DNA of 64,000 nucleotides, taken from Longimicrobiales bacterium. GTDB lineage: Bacteria > Gemmatimonadota > Gemmatimonadetes > Longimicrobiales > RSA9. Where the stretch lies: the NCBI GenBank assembly GCA_035461245.1, contig DATHVP010000148.1:75-64074 (forward strand), read 5' to 3'. Under the pieces are notes generated by a model that ran no database searches, was not told where the DNA came from, and saw only the letters and a program-made list of their open reading frames with translations. A program made the translations under genes and the position numbers. This document shows positions 43,670-51,284 of this stretch, piece after piece (the stretch's first letter is position 1; each line of letters begins with the position of its first letter).

Positions 43670-45175
43670 GTGAGTGAGGCCGAGACTGTGAATGAGGAAG
43701 ACAACGTGGGCGACGGCGGAAACGTCAGCGGCGCCGACAACGACGGGGCCGGCACGGACGGCCATACCAGCGTCACTGGCAGCGTCGGGGACGCGCGGTC
43801 CAATGGTGCTGCCGCCGGCGGCACCCCGGCCGGCGCCACCCCGGCCGGCGGCATCACCCTGACGGCCGCCATGCAGGCCATCCACGGCGCCGCGGACCTG
43901 CGGGATTACACGCGGGACCCGTTCCTCGGCTACTTCGAGGGCCGCACCGTGGAGGAGATCCTGCCCCAGGGCACGCTCCTGGACCACCCCAACGTGCACC
44001 GCTGGTTCGAGCTGTTCGCCGCCGGGCTGCCCCACTCGCTGTATACGTACCAGCTGCCACTGACCGTTGCGTCCGGCCCCCGCTCCGCTGCGCTGGGTCA
44101 GGACCTCGTCATGTTCTCCAGCTACAGCTACCTCGGCCTCATCGGACACCCGCGCATCACCGCGGCGGTGGAAGCGGCCGTGTCGCGCTACGGGACCTCC
44201 ACAGGCGGCGTGCGGCTGCTCACGGGCACCCTCGAGCTGCATCATGAACTGGAGCACGAGCTTGCCACGTTCCTGGGCCAGGAGGGAGCGGCAACCTTCG
44301 CATCCGGGTACGATGCGAACATCGCCGCCATCACGTCGCTGTTCGGCCCCGGCGACGTCGCCATCCTCGACCAGTACGCGCACCAGTCCATCCACGATGG
44401 CGTGCGCATGGCCGGCTGCGAAAACCGCCGCTTCAGGCACAATGACATGAACGACCTGGAGCGGCGCCTGCGCCAGGCCCGCAACCGCGGCGCGCACCGC
44501 ATCCTCATCGCCGTCGACTCCGTTTTCTCCATGGATGGCGACCAGGCGCCCATCGAGGACATCCTGGCGCTCAAGGAAGAGTACGGCGCGTTCCTGCTGG
44601 TGGATGAAGCCCATGCGCTGGGCGCCGTCGGCGCCACCGGCCGTGGCATCTGCGAGGAGCAGGGCATCGACCCGTCCCGCATCGATATCCTCACCGGCTC
44701 CCTGTCCAAGGGCATCCCGTCGTCGGGCGGGTTCGTAGCCGGCGGCCGCGGGCTGAAGATATACATGCAGCACGGCTCGGCGCCCTACATGTTCTCCGCC
44801 GCCATGACGCCCGCCAACGCTGCGGCATCCCTGGAGTCGTTGCGGATCCTGAAGGACGAGCCCCGCCGCATGGACACACTCCGGGACAACACCCGCGTCA
44901 TGAAGGAAGGCCTGGAGGAGATCGGCTTCGACTTCGGCGCCTCCCGCAGCCCCGTGCTGCCGCTCCTGCTGGGCGACGAGTGGCGTGCCTACCGCGTCGC
45001 CCGGGACATGCTGGAGAAGGGCATCTTCGTCTCCGCCGTGGTGTTCCCCGCCGTGTCGCCGGGCCAGGCGCGGCTGCGCCTGTGCGCCACCGCGGCGCAC
45101 ACGCAGGAGCACTTCCAGCGCCTGTTCGACGCCCTGCGTTCGTGCGAGGCCGCGATGGAGGTTGCGTCCGCCTAG
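43670..45175 (+). CDS. Alpha-oxoamine synthase family PLP enzyme (KBL/AONS/SPT-like)
   Basis: SSYSYLGL, FASGYDANI, DEAHALGAVGATGRG and the PLP lysine in GSLSKGIPSSGG. It has a low-complexity Asp/Gly/Asn-rich N-terminus. The start could be 43670 (GTG), 43688 (GTG) or 43871 (ATG). Confidence 0.8.
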   Translation: MSEAETVNEEDNVGDGGNVSGADNDGAGTDGHTSVTGSVGDARSNGAAAGGTPAGATPAGGITLTAAMQAIHGAADLRDYTRDPFLGYFEGRTVEEILPQGTLLDHPNVHRWFELFAAGLPHSLYTYQLPLTVASGPRSAALGQDLVMFSSYSYLGLIGHPRITAAVEAAVSRYGTSTGGVRLLTGTLELHHELEHELATFLGQEGAATFASGYDANIAAITSLFGPGDVAILDQYAHQSIHDGVRMAGCENRRFRHNDMNDLERRLRQARNRGAHRILIAVDSVFSMDGDQAPIEDILALKEEYGAFLLVDEAHALGAVGATGRGICEEQGIDPSRIDILTGSLSKGIPSSGGFVAGGRGLKIYMQHGSAPYMFSAAMTPANAAASLESLRILKDEPRRMDTLRDNTRVMKEGLEEIGFDFGASRSPVLPLLLGDEWRAYRVARDMLEKGIFVSAVVFPAVSPGQARLRLCATAAHTQEHFQRLFDALRSCEAAMEVASA

Positions 45176-45302
45176 TGCCCGCCTGCGGCGGGCGGAGTAT
45201 TGTTTATGGGGATGGTGTATGGGGTGCCCGCCTGCGGCGGGCGGAGGATGGGGTGCCCGCCTGCGGCGGGCGGAGTATTGTTTATGGGGATGGTGTATGG
45301 GG
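45175..45302. repeat. Repeat block: three copies of GC hairpin GTGCCCGCCTGCGGCGGGCGG, two of them followed by AGTATTGTTTATGGGGATGGTGTATGGGG
   Basis: Read directly. It begins at the last base of the upstream stop codon. The full 50-nt units are at 45175-45224 and 45253-45302, with a hairpin-only unit between them. Confidence 0.9.
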
Positions 45303-45692
45303 ATCGGGGGCGCCGCTGGCGCCCTTTTTCCTGCTGCGACCCGTTGCGGTGATCATGGCGACGAGCATGCCGGTAATAGCGAGCAGGGACGAACGAATAT
45401 CGCTGGCGGCAGCCTTGTCTACTGCGTAACACCGCACCAGCAGCGTGATGGCCGCACCGCATTCCGCTGCCGATCTCAGGGCCATGCGGTAGAACCGGGC
45501 CTTCTCTGCCAGACTGAACTCGGCACACCCCTCTGCGATGTTGAGTGTTATTGAAGAGCACGCCCGCAGCAGCTGCCACACAAGGTGCTCCTGCAGCGGA
45601 GGTACTCGAGCCACCAGCGCGACGCACGCGACGTAGCAGTCCACTGAAAGCTGGTATACCCGCAGCCGCTCATGATCGAACTTGTTTCGCAT
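45282..45692 (-). CDS. Four-helix-bundle protein (23S rRNA intervening-sequence protein family)
   Basis: Start at the ATG at 45692 (MRNKFDHERLRVYQLS). Family pattern (L..A..SI.LNIAEG......EK.RFY.MA..SA.E). It is visibly less GC-rich than its neighbours. The stop lies inside the left repeat. Confidence 0.75.
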   Translation of the reverse strand: MRNKFDHERLRVYQLSVDCYVACVALVARVPPLQEHLVWQLLRACSSITLNIAEGCAEFSLAEKARFYRMALRSAAECGAAITLLVRCYAVDKAAASDIRSSLLAITGMLVAMITATGRSRKKGASGAPDPHTPSP

Positions 45693-45835
45693 GGCTCGAA
45701 CATCGCAGCCAAAGCGGGGCATTCACATGGCGGAAGCGGACAGAATATTGCCGCTGTCGGCACCGGCCGCCGGGATTGGTAGTGGAGACAGGCGGTTACG
45801 GTCAACCTTGGAGCAGGCCGCCGCCCAGCGCCGCT

Positions 45836-45885
45836 CCCCATACACTATCCCCATAAACCATCCACCGCCCGCCGCAGGCGGGCAC
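45836..45885. repeat. Inverted copy of the 50-nt repeat arm
   Basis: The reverse complement reads GTGCCCGCCTGCGGCGGGCGGTGGATGGTTTATGGGGATAGTGTATGGGG. By my hand alignment it matches the arm at 45175-45224 at 46 of 50 positions. Confidence 0.85.
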
Positions 45886-45901
45886 ATCGCCGAAGGCGGC
45901 A

Positions 45902-47383
45902 TCACCCCGCCAGCACCCGCAGCAACGCCCGCGCCTTGGCCAGCGTTTCCTCGTATTCCGCCGCCGGCACCGAGTCGGCCACGACGCCGGCGCCCGCCTG
46001 CACATGGGCCTGGCCGTCGGCAGCGACGATGGTGCGGATGGCGATGGCGGTGTCCATGGTCAGCCCGCCCCAAGCGAAATAGCCGACGGCGCCGGCGTAC
46101 ACACCCCGTCGCACGGGTTCCAGTTCATCCAGGATCTCCATCGCCCGGATCTTCGGCGCGCCGGACACCGTGCCGGCGGGAAAACAGGCCCGGAACACGT
46201 CCATGGCCGACAGCCCGTCGCGCAGCTCGCCTTCCACCTGGCTGACAATGTGGAGCACGTGGCTGTACCTCTCCACCGTCATGAACGCCGGCACATGGAC
46301 GGTGCCGTAGCGGGCGACACGCCCCACGTCGTTCCGGCCCAGGTCCACCAGCATGAGGTGTTCGGCGCGCTCCTTGGCGTCGGCCAGCAGCTCGTCGGTC
46401 AGGCGGGCGTCCTCCTCGTCGGATCCGCCCCGTGGCCGGGTCCCGGCAATGGGCCGCACCGTGACCGTGCCATCCTCCACCCGGACGAGCACCTCCGGCG
46501 ACGAGCCCACCAGCGAGACGCCGTCCAGCTCAAGGAAGAACAAATAGGGCGAGGGGTTCAGTGCCCGGAGGGCGCGGTACAGGTCGAACGGGTCCCGCTC
46601 CAGGTCCACGCTGAGGCGCTGGCTCAAGACCACCTGGAACGCGTCGCCGGCCTTGATGTAGTCCCGGATCCGCTCCACGTCGGCCTCGAACTCGGCTCGT
46701 GTGAAGCTGCTGCTGAACGGCACGTCCTCCGGCGACGATGGCAGCGCAAGTGGGGCCGGCGGCTCCGCACGCGCGAGCGTCTCCACGACATCGTCCACCC
46801 TGGCGACGGCGGCATCGTAGCGACGCCGGAGTTCTGCCTCCTCCGCGTCCGTCACGTCCACGTTCGTGATGGCGTACGCCCGCCCGAACACGTTGTCGAT
46901 GGCCAGCACCGTGTCCGTGAACATGAGGAGCGCCTCCGGCAGCCCCGCCGGGTCCGGCGGCGGGTCGGGCAGCCGCTCGATGTAGCGGATGGTGTCGTAA
47001 CCGAGATAGCCGACGGCGCCGCCGGCAAACCGGGGCAGGCCCGGCACCACAACCGGCGTTGCCGATCGGAGGCGGGCGTCCAGCTCCGCCAGTGGATCAA
47101 CGGCCACCCGCTCGGCGCCCCACCCGCGCTCCGGCGACCACTCTGACACCCGTCCACCAGACTGCAACCGCCAGGCGCCTGCCGGGCGCACCCCCAGGAA
47201 CGTGTAGCGCGCCCACTTCTCGCCTCCCACCAGCGACTCCAGAAGGAAGCCGAAGGGTGGCTCCCTCAGCTTGTGGTAGGCGGTGACTGCCGTGTCGGCA
47301 TCGAAGAGGAACGCCCGGGCCACCGGCACCAGCGTGCCCTGCCCCGCCAGCGTGACGAAGGTCGGATAATCAGGTATCAGCAT
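45902..47383 (-). CDS. trpE: Anthranilate synthase component I
   Basis: Start at the ATG at 47383 (MLIPDYPTF). TrpE segments are present (LLESLVGGEKWARYTF, FQVVLSQR, PSPYLFFL, GSSPEVLVR, IAGTRPRG, GAVGYF). Confidence 0.9.
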   Translation of the reverse strand: MLIPDYPTFVTLAGQGTLVPVARAFLFDADTAVTAYHKLREPPFGFLLESLVGGEKWARYTFLGVRPAGAWRLQSGGRVSEWSPERGWGAERVAVDPLAELDARLRSATPVVVPGLPRFAGGAVGYLGYDTIRYIERLPDPPPDPAGLPEALLMFTDTVLAIDNVFGRAYAITNVDVTDAEEAELRRRYDAAVARVDDVVETLARAEPPAPLALPSSPEDVPFSSSFTRAEFEADVERIRDYIKAGDAFQVVLSQRLSVDLERDPFDLYRALRALNPSPYLFFLELDGVSLVGSSPEVLVRVEDGTVTVRPIAGTRPRGGSDEEDARLTDELLADAKERAEHLMLVDLGRNDVGRVARYGTVHVPAFMTVERYSHVLHIVSQVEGELRDGLSAMDVFRACFPAGTVSGAPKIRAMEILDELEPVRRGVYAGAVGYFAWGGLTMDTAIAIRTIVAADGQAHVQAGAGVVADSVPAAEYEETLAKARALLRVLAG

Positions 47384-47410
47384 AGGCGGGCCAATCTCTC
47401 GGACGGCCCG

Positions 47411-47464
47411 CCTGCCGGCAAGCGCCCGCGGGCAAGCGCCTGCCGGCAAGCGCCTGCCGGCAGG
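47411..47464. repeat. Tandem 14-nt GC-rich repeat (CCTGCCGGCAAGCG x about 3.8) containing the palindrome CCTGCCGGCAGG
   Basis: Read directly in the 91-nt spacer between the OMP gene stop and the trpE start. Confidence 0.85.
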
Positions 47465-47474
47465 CATCCGGCGA

Positions 47475-48062
47475 TCAGAAGCGGAATATCAAACCGAACA
47501 TCATACCCACAGGCTGGAGTTCACCGCCCACCTGGGCCATGATCCGCGGGGTCAGACGCAGCATGGCACCACCCAGTGCGTTCACCCGGTCACCCGTGCG
47601 CTCCTCGTCCGTCACGACATAGAAGCCCAGCTCACCCCGCTCCTGCGTGTCGTCGTAGAATTCCGTGTAGACCCGCTCACTGCTCAGACCACCACCGGCA
47701 TACAGCAGCAGTTCGTCCGAGAACGTGTGCACCAGGGCCGCATTGAAAGAGCGCCAGTGCGTATGTTGCCTCAGGTTCTGGTCCGGAAAGGAGGCGATGG
47801 CCTCCGACCGGGTCAGGTTCGGGTTGTATCGTGTCCAGCCTTCCGGGTTGTCCGTCGCGAATTTGGCGTCCACGTACAGACCGAAGCCGCGGCTGCTCAC
47901 CGCAATGCCGCTGGCTCCCAGAAGCAGCGACGGCGGATTTGCCACGTACCCGATGCCCAGAATCTGCTCGCCCTGGAACCCGCGGGGCGTGGACTGCGCC
48001 ATCGCCGTGGTAGCCAGGGCCAGCAGGCAAAGTACCGTCATACCGGTACGAAGATGGGACAT
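47475..48062 (-). CDS. Outer membrane beta-barrel protein
   Basis: A GGAGG Shine-Dalgarno precedes the ATG at 48062. Signal peptide LALATTAMAQS, alternating beta-strand pattern and a C-terminal ...GLIFRF ending in Phe. Confidence 0.7.
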   Translation of the reverse strand: MSHLRTGMTVLCLLALATTAMAQSTPRGFQGEQILGIGYVANPPSLLLGASGIAVSSRGFGLYVDAKFATDNPEGWTRYNPNLTRSEAIASFPDQNLRQHTHWRSFNAALVHTFSDELLLYAGGGLSSERVYTEFYDDTQERGELGFYVVTDEERTGDRVNALGGAMLRLTPRIMAQVGGELQPVGMMFGLIFRF

Positions 48063-48266
48063 GTTGTTTTCCTCCATCCGTGACGACATCGTTGGCGGTA
48101 TCATCTCTCAGTCAACGCACGCGCCGTTCCCGCTGTGACAGGGCGGTTCAGGCCGTGGCCCGCGGACGGGACCTACCCCGGGGCAGCGCACGGAACTTGC
48201 ACGCCATCAGGGGCGTAGATATCCTTGAACAGGGATCCGGACGGACCCGCCACAAGGGAGCAGGAC

Positions 48267-48440
48267 ATGTTCACCCGGAATATACGTCTCGGCATCGGCA
48301 TCTGCGCCGTTCTGGCCCTCGGCGGCTGCATGGAGCCCCTGGGCCCCAACACGCCGCAGGACGAGGAGACCAAGGAAACCGGCAAGGACCAGGAGCGGGG
48401 CTTCGTCCCGAACCTCATCGAGCCGCCGGTTCTGGTCTGA
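48267..48440 (+). CDS. Small hypothetical lipoprotein (57 aa)
   Basis: A GGGAG sits about 9 nt before the ATG at 48267. It encodes MFTRNIRLGIGICAVLALGGC followed by an acidic tail. Confidence 0.45.
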   Translation: MFTRNIRLGIGICAVLALGGCMEPLGPNTPQDEETKETGKDQERGFVPNLIEPPVLV

Positions 48441-48553
48441 TCGAGCCGGCCTCACAGCCTGTCCGCGCCGGTTGACGCACTGCCCGCGGCTGTACGCCGC
48501 GGGGCCGTCCGGCCCCTGGCCCGCTTGACACCCCATCCGAACATAGAAGCGAT

Positions 48554-49015
48554 ATGAGATCCGGTCGCCATCGGTTAATCCTGCCGGGCATTGTGACCCT
48601 GCTGGCAGCATCGTGCAATCCGTTTTCGCTGGACGAATCCGCGCCCACGCTCTGGGAGGCTTCGCTAACGGCCACGCTGGAATTCCCCCTGGTGCGGGGG
48701 AGTGCAGCGGCCGTATCAGACCCGCGTCTGGGCAGGACCGAAGTGGGGATCCTGGTGGAAGGCCTCACGCCGCAGTCCACGATTCGGTGGGCCGTGTACC
48801 GGGGCAGGTGTGCCGAGCCGGGCAGCCAGTTCGGCCCGGACGCAGCCTACCCACCGGCGGCCGCGGACGGAGATGGGACAGTGGAGACAACGGCGGCAAT
48901 GGGCCAGCTGCTGGCTGCAAACGGTCGCTACCACATCGCCGTCGGGACGGTCGAAGGGACGCCACGGGACGTGGCATGCGGAGACCTTCAGCAGATTGAT
49001 GCACCGTCGACCTAG
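48554..49015 (+). CDS. Hypothetical lipoprotein
   Basis: MRSGRHRLILPGIVTLLAASC signal plus lipobox, 153 aa. No family was recognised. Confidence 0.55.
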   Translation: MRSGRHRLILPGIVTLLAASCNPFSLDESAPTLWEASLTATLEFPLVRGSAAAVSDPRLGRTEVGILVEGLTPQSTIRWAVYRGRCAEPGSQFGPDAAYPPAAADGDGTVETTAAMGQLLAANGRYHIAVGTVEGTPRDVACGDLQQIDAPST

Positions 49016-49058
49016 TCAGGAATCTGAAGGCGGCGTGGTCCGTCGACGCCGCTCCATC

Positions 49059-49099
49059 GTGACAACGGCCCCGCTCCGCCTGGAGGGGGCCGTTGTCAC
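49059..49099. terminator. Bidirectional hairpin between convergent genes
   Basis: GTGACAACGGCCCC, a 13-nt loop, then GGGGCCGTTGTCAC, giving a 14-bp perfect stem. It lies between the stops at 49015 (+) and 49106 (-). There is no strong U-tract. Confidence 0.55.
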
Positions 49100-49105
49100 G
49101 ACCGG

Positions 49106-49507
49106 CTAGCGGCCAGGTCGCATGTGCAGGATGATGGCACCCTGCACGTGGGTGTGAAGCCCAGGCAGCGTTGCGGAGGCCGTCGCGCCATCCAGGTACT
49201 CCAGCCAGACGGCCCCTGTGGGCAGCATCTGCCGCAGGATGTCCGCGTTGCCCAGCCGTGTCTGTCCCTGGTAGACGGCAATCTCGGTGTCCCCCTGCAT
49301 CATGCTGCGGCTACTGCGAACCTGCAGCCAGCGCGGACGAAGTCGCTGGATGGCGTCGTACATGGTGGACACCTGGACGCTCGTGAGTTCATCCTGCGTG
49401 ATACGGCTGGAATCAGCGCCTCCGCGGGACGCACCGGACGCGCAGGCGGTGCCGGCAAGTACGGCAGCCAGCAGCATCAGGACCCATCCCCCTGCCCTCG
49501 CCCTCAT
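49106..49507 (-). CDS. Hypothetical lipoprotein
   Basis: The ATG at 49507 gives MRARAGGWVLMLLAAVLAGTAC, 133 aa. No family was recognised. Confidence 0.5.
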   Translation of the reverse strand: MRARAGGWVLMLLAAVLAGTACASGASRGGADSSRITQDELTSVQVSTMYDAIQRLRPRWLQVRSSRSMMQGDTEIAVYQGQTRLGNADILRQMLPTGAVWLEYLDGATASATLPGLHTHVQGAIILHMRPGR

Positions 49508-49667
49508 AGCGCACCTCACTTTCATTCCATGGTACTTCATTACAATAACAGAAGGCACGCCGGGATGGAAACGCCGAGGCCTGCCTGCCGAATGCACGAC
49601 GGGACCGCACCTGGAAAGGTACGGCCCCGCCGGTTACTACAGGCCGCCGGAGCGACCGTTCGTCCTG

Positions 49668-51269
49668 CTATTCCGGCCAGGCATATACGCTCTGCGGCGC
49701 CGAACCCGGCAGCGCGCCACCGAACGTGTACGGTGCTACGCCCTCGAGGGACGCCTCACGGGCCGGCATGGGGAAGTGCAAGGGCGTGCCCCGGTACAGG
49801 TCGCCCCAGCCACGGCCATCGAAGTACCAGGGGGCGGTGTACGGACCCTCGAACTTCGTCATGAGCCGCTTCTCCCACTTCAGCATCTCGAACAGCCCGC
49901 CGCAGCTGCCGTCCGGCAGCTTCGGCACGCAGCTCGTGTTGGTACCTGCAGCGTCCGTGGCGTTCAGGCCGGCGGCCGTCCGCGTCACGTTGATGAGCGC
50001 TGCTGCCTGTGCCCGGTCGCCCAGGTGGAAATGGGCCTCCGCCTCCAGCAGTCGGAGGTGGTCGTTGGACACGAACGGCAGCGGGCCCAGGTCGCCGTAA
50101 CCCGCGTTGGGTGTGCCCGCGCCATAGCGCCGCCACTGGTAGTGGGACCAGCGCCAGGAACCACGGTCCGGTCGAGCCCACTGGTCGCCCGGGTTGGCCG
50201 CCGCCCAGATGTGCGTGCCGCGGTTGGCCGCCGCCTGCTGCTCCGCCAGCGTGTTACCCCGCGGGAAACGCAGGTCCGGCGTCACGATGAGCAGGTCACG
50301 CCCGTCCGCCGCCTGCGGGGTACGCTCCAGGACCGGCCTCGACAGCCACTCCTGGTAGTTACCCGACTGGTCGGCCATGCCCATGATGAACAGGTTCTCC
50401 TGGCCCCAGCCGGCGAACGTCGAGTACACGAACGCCCAGTTGGTCCAGGTCGGCCAGTTCCAGGCCAGGTTCCATTCCGTAGCGTTGTCCAGGTCCGCCA
50501 GCACGGCGTTCCAGTTCACCGCCTGCCGCTCTTCCCACGTACGGGCGTTCATGGCCCGGAACTGGGCCTTCACCGCGTGGGCAATGCCCACGAGCTGGGT
50601 GTTCGTGACCCCCGACATGGCCCACGCCTCCGGCACCGTGAAGGTGTTGGCCGAGGCAATGGCGATGGCCGAATCGAAATGGGCAAGCGCCACGGCCATG
50701 AGGGCATTGTAGTCCAGTGTCCCGTCCGGCGCCGGCAGGTCGTTGTCGTCCCTGGGCGTGGCCTGGTTGACCACGGGCCCCTGGTCGAACAGCAGGGCGA
50801 TGGAGCCGTGGGTCATGCCCAGCATGAAGTTGCCCCACGCACGCGCACGGGGCTCATCATCCCCGAGCGACATGTCGGTGGTCTGGAATGCGTGCAGCGC
50901 ATTGGCCACACCGGCAGCGCCGCGGTAGCTCCACGTCCAGGCATTCGCGACCTGGTTGTAGAACTCACGAGCGACGTCATTATTGAAGGCCCGGCGCGGG
51001 ATGGCCGAGTAGTAGACCATCCCGAAGTTGGCCGGATACGCGCTGTGCTGGAACGACATGGTGCTGAGCATGGGTGCGGGCCCATCGACTTCCGTATGGG
51101 TCAGCACGACCTGCTGCATGGCACCGGCGATCAGTGCCTCCAGGTCGGCCGCCGAACCGCCGACCTGATCCCGGCCAGGCGCGTTCGGGTTATCCACATC
51201 CATGTCCGCGCACGCAGCGGCCGTCACCAGCGCCAGCGTAGCGAGGAATGAATTGCGAAGCAGTCTCAT
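49668..51269 (-). CDS. SusD/RagB family nutrient-binding outer membrane lipoprotein
   Basis: Lipoprotein signal LALVTAAAC, 533 aa. It lies immediately downstream of a SusC-like gene, and its helical TPR-like composition is typical of SusD. Confidence 0.8.
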   Translation of the reverse strand: MRLLRNSFLATLALVTAAACADMDVDNPNAPGRDQVGGSAADLEALIAGAMQQVVLTHTEVDGPAPMLSTMSFQHSAYPANFGMVYYSAIPRRAFNNDVAREFYNQVANAWTWSYRGAAGVANALHAFQTTDMSLGDDEPRARAWGNFMLGMTHGSIALLFDQGPVVNQATPRDDNDLPAPDGTLDYNALMAVALAHFDSAIAIASANTFTVPEAWAMSGVTNTQLVGIAHAVKAQFRAMNARTWEERQAVNWNAVLADLDNATEWNLAWNWPTWTNWAFVYSTFAGWGQENLFIMGMADQSGNYQEWLSRPVLERTPQAADGRDLLIVTPDLRFPRGNTLAEQQAAANRGTHIWAAANPGDQWARPDRGSWRWSHYQWRRYGAGTPNAGYGDLGPLPFVSNDHLRLLEAEAHFHLGDRAQAAALINVTRTAAGLNATDAAGTNTSCVPKLPDGSCGGLFEMLKWEKRLMTKFEGPYTAPWYFDGRGWGDLYRGTPLHFPMPAREASLEGVAPYTFGGALPGSAPQSVYAWPE

Positions 51270-51284
51270 ATATATGCCCCGTTC

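Noticed and set aside
45175-45302. Possible CRISPR array, because of regularly repeated GC-rich palindromic units
   Set aside because: Only three hairpin copies are present, and they are separated by 9 or 29 nt of sequence that is itself repeated rather than unique spacers. There are no cas genes. The block is better described as a REP/MITE-like repeat.
45172-45627. 151-aa minus-strand ORF translating to repeated PYTIPINNTPPAAGGH units (and the similar plus-strand ORF 39845..40519)
   Set aside because: The apparent peptide repeats are simply translations of the DNA repeat arms and the tandem 13-mers, and the ORF overlaps the better-supported four-helix-bundle gene.
47384-47474. Classical trp leader peptide/attenuator upstream of trpE
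   Set aside because: No short ORF with Trp codons is present, and there is no U-tract terminator. Only the GC-rich tandem repeat is seen.
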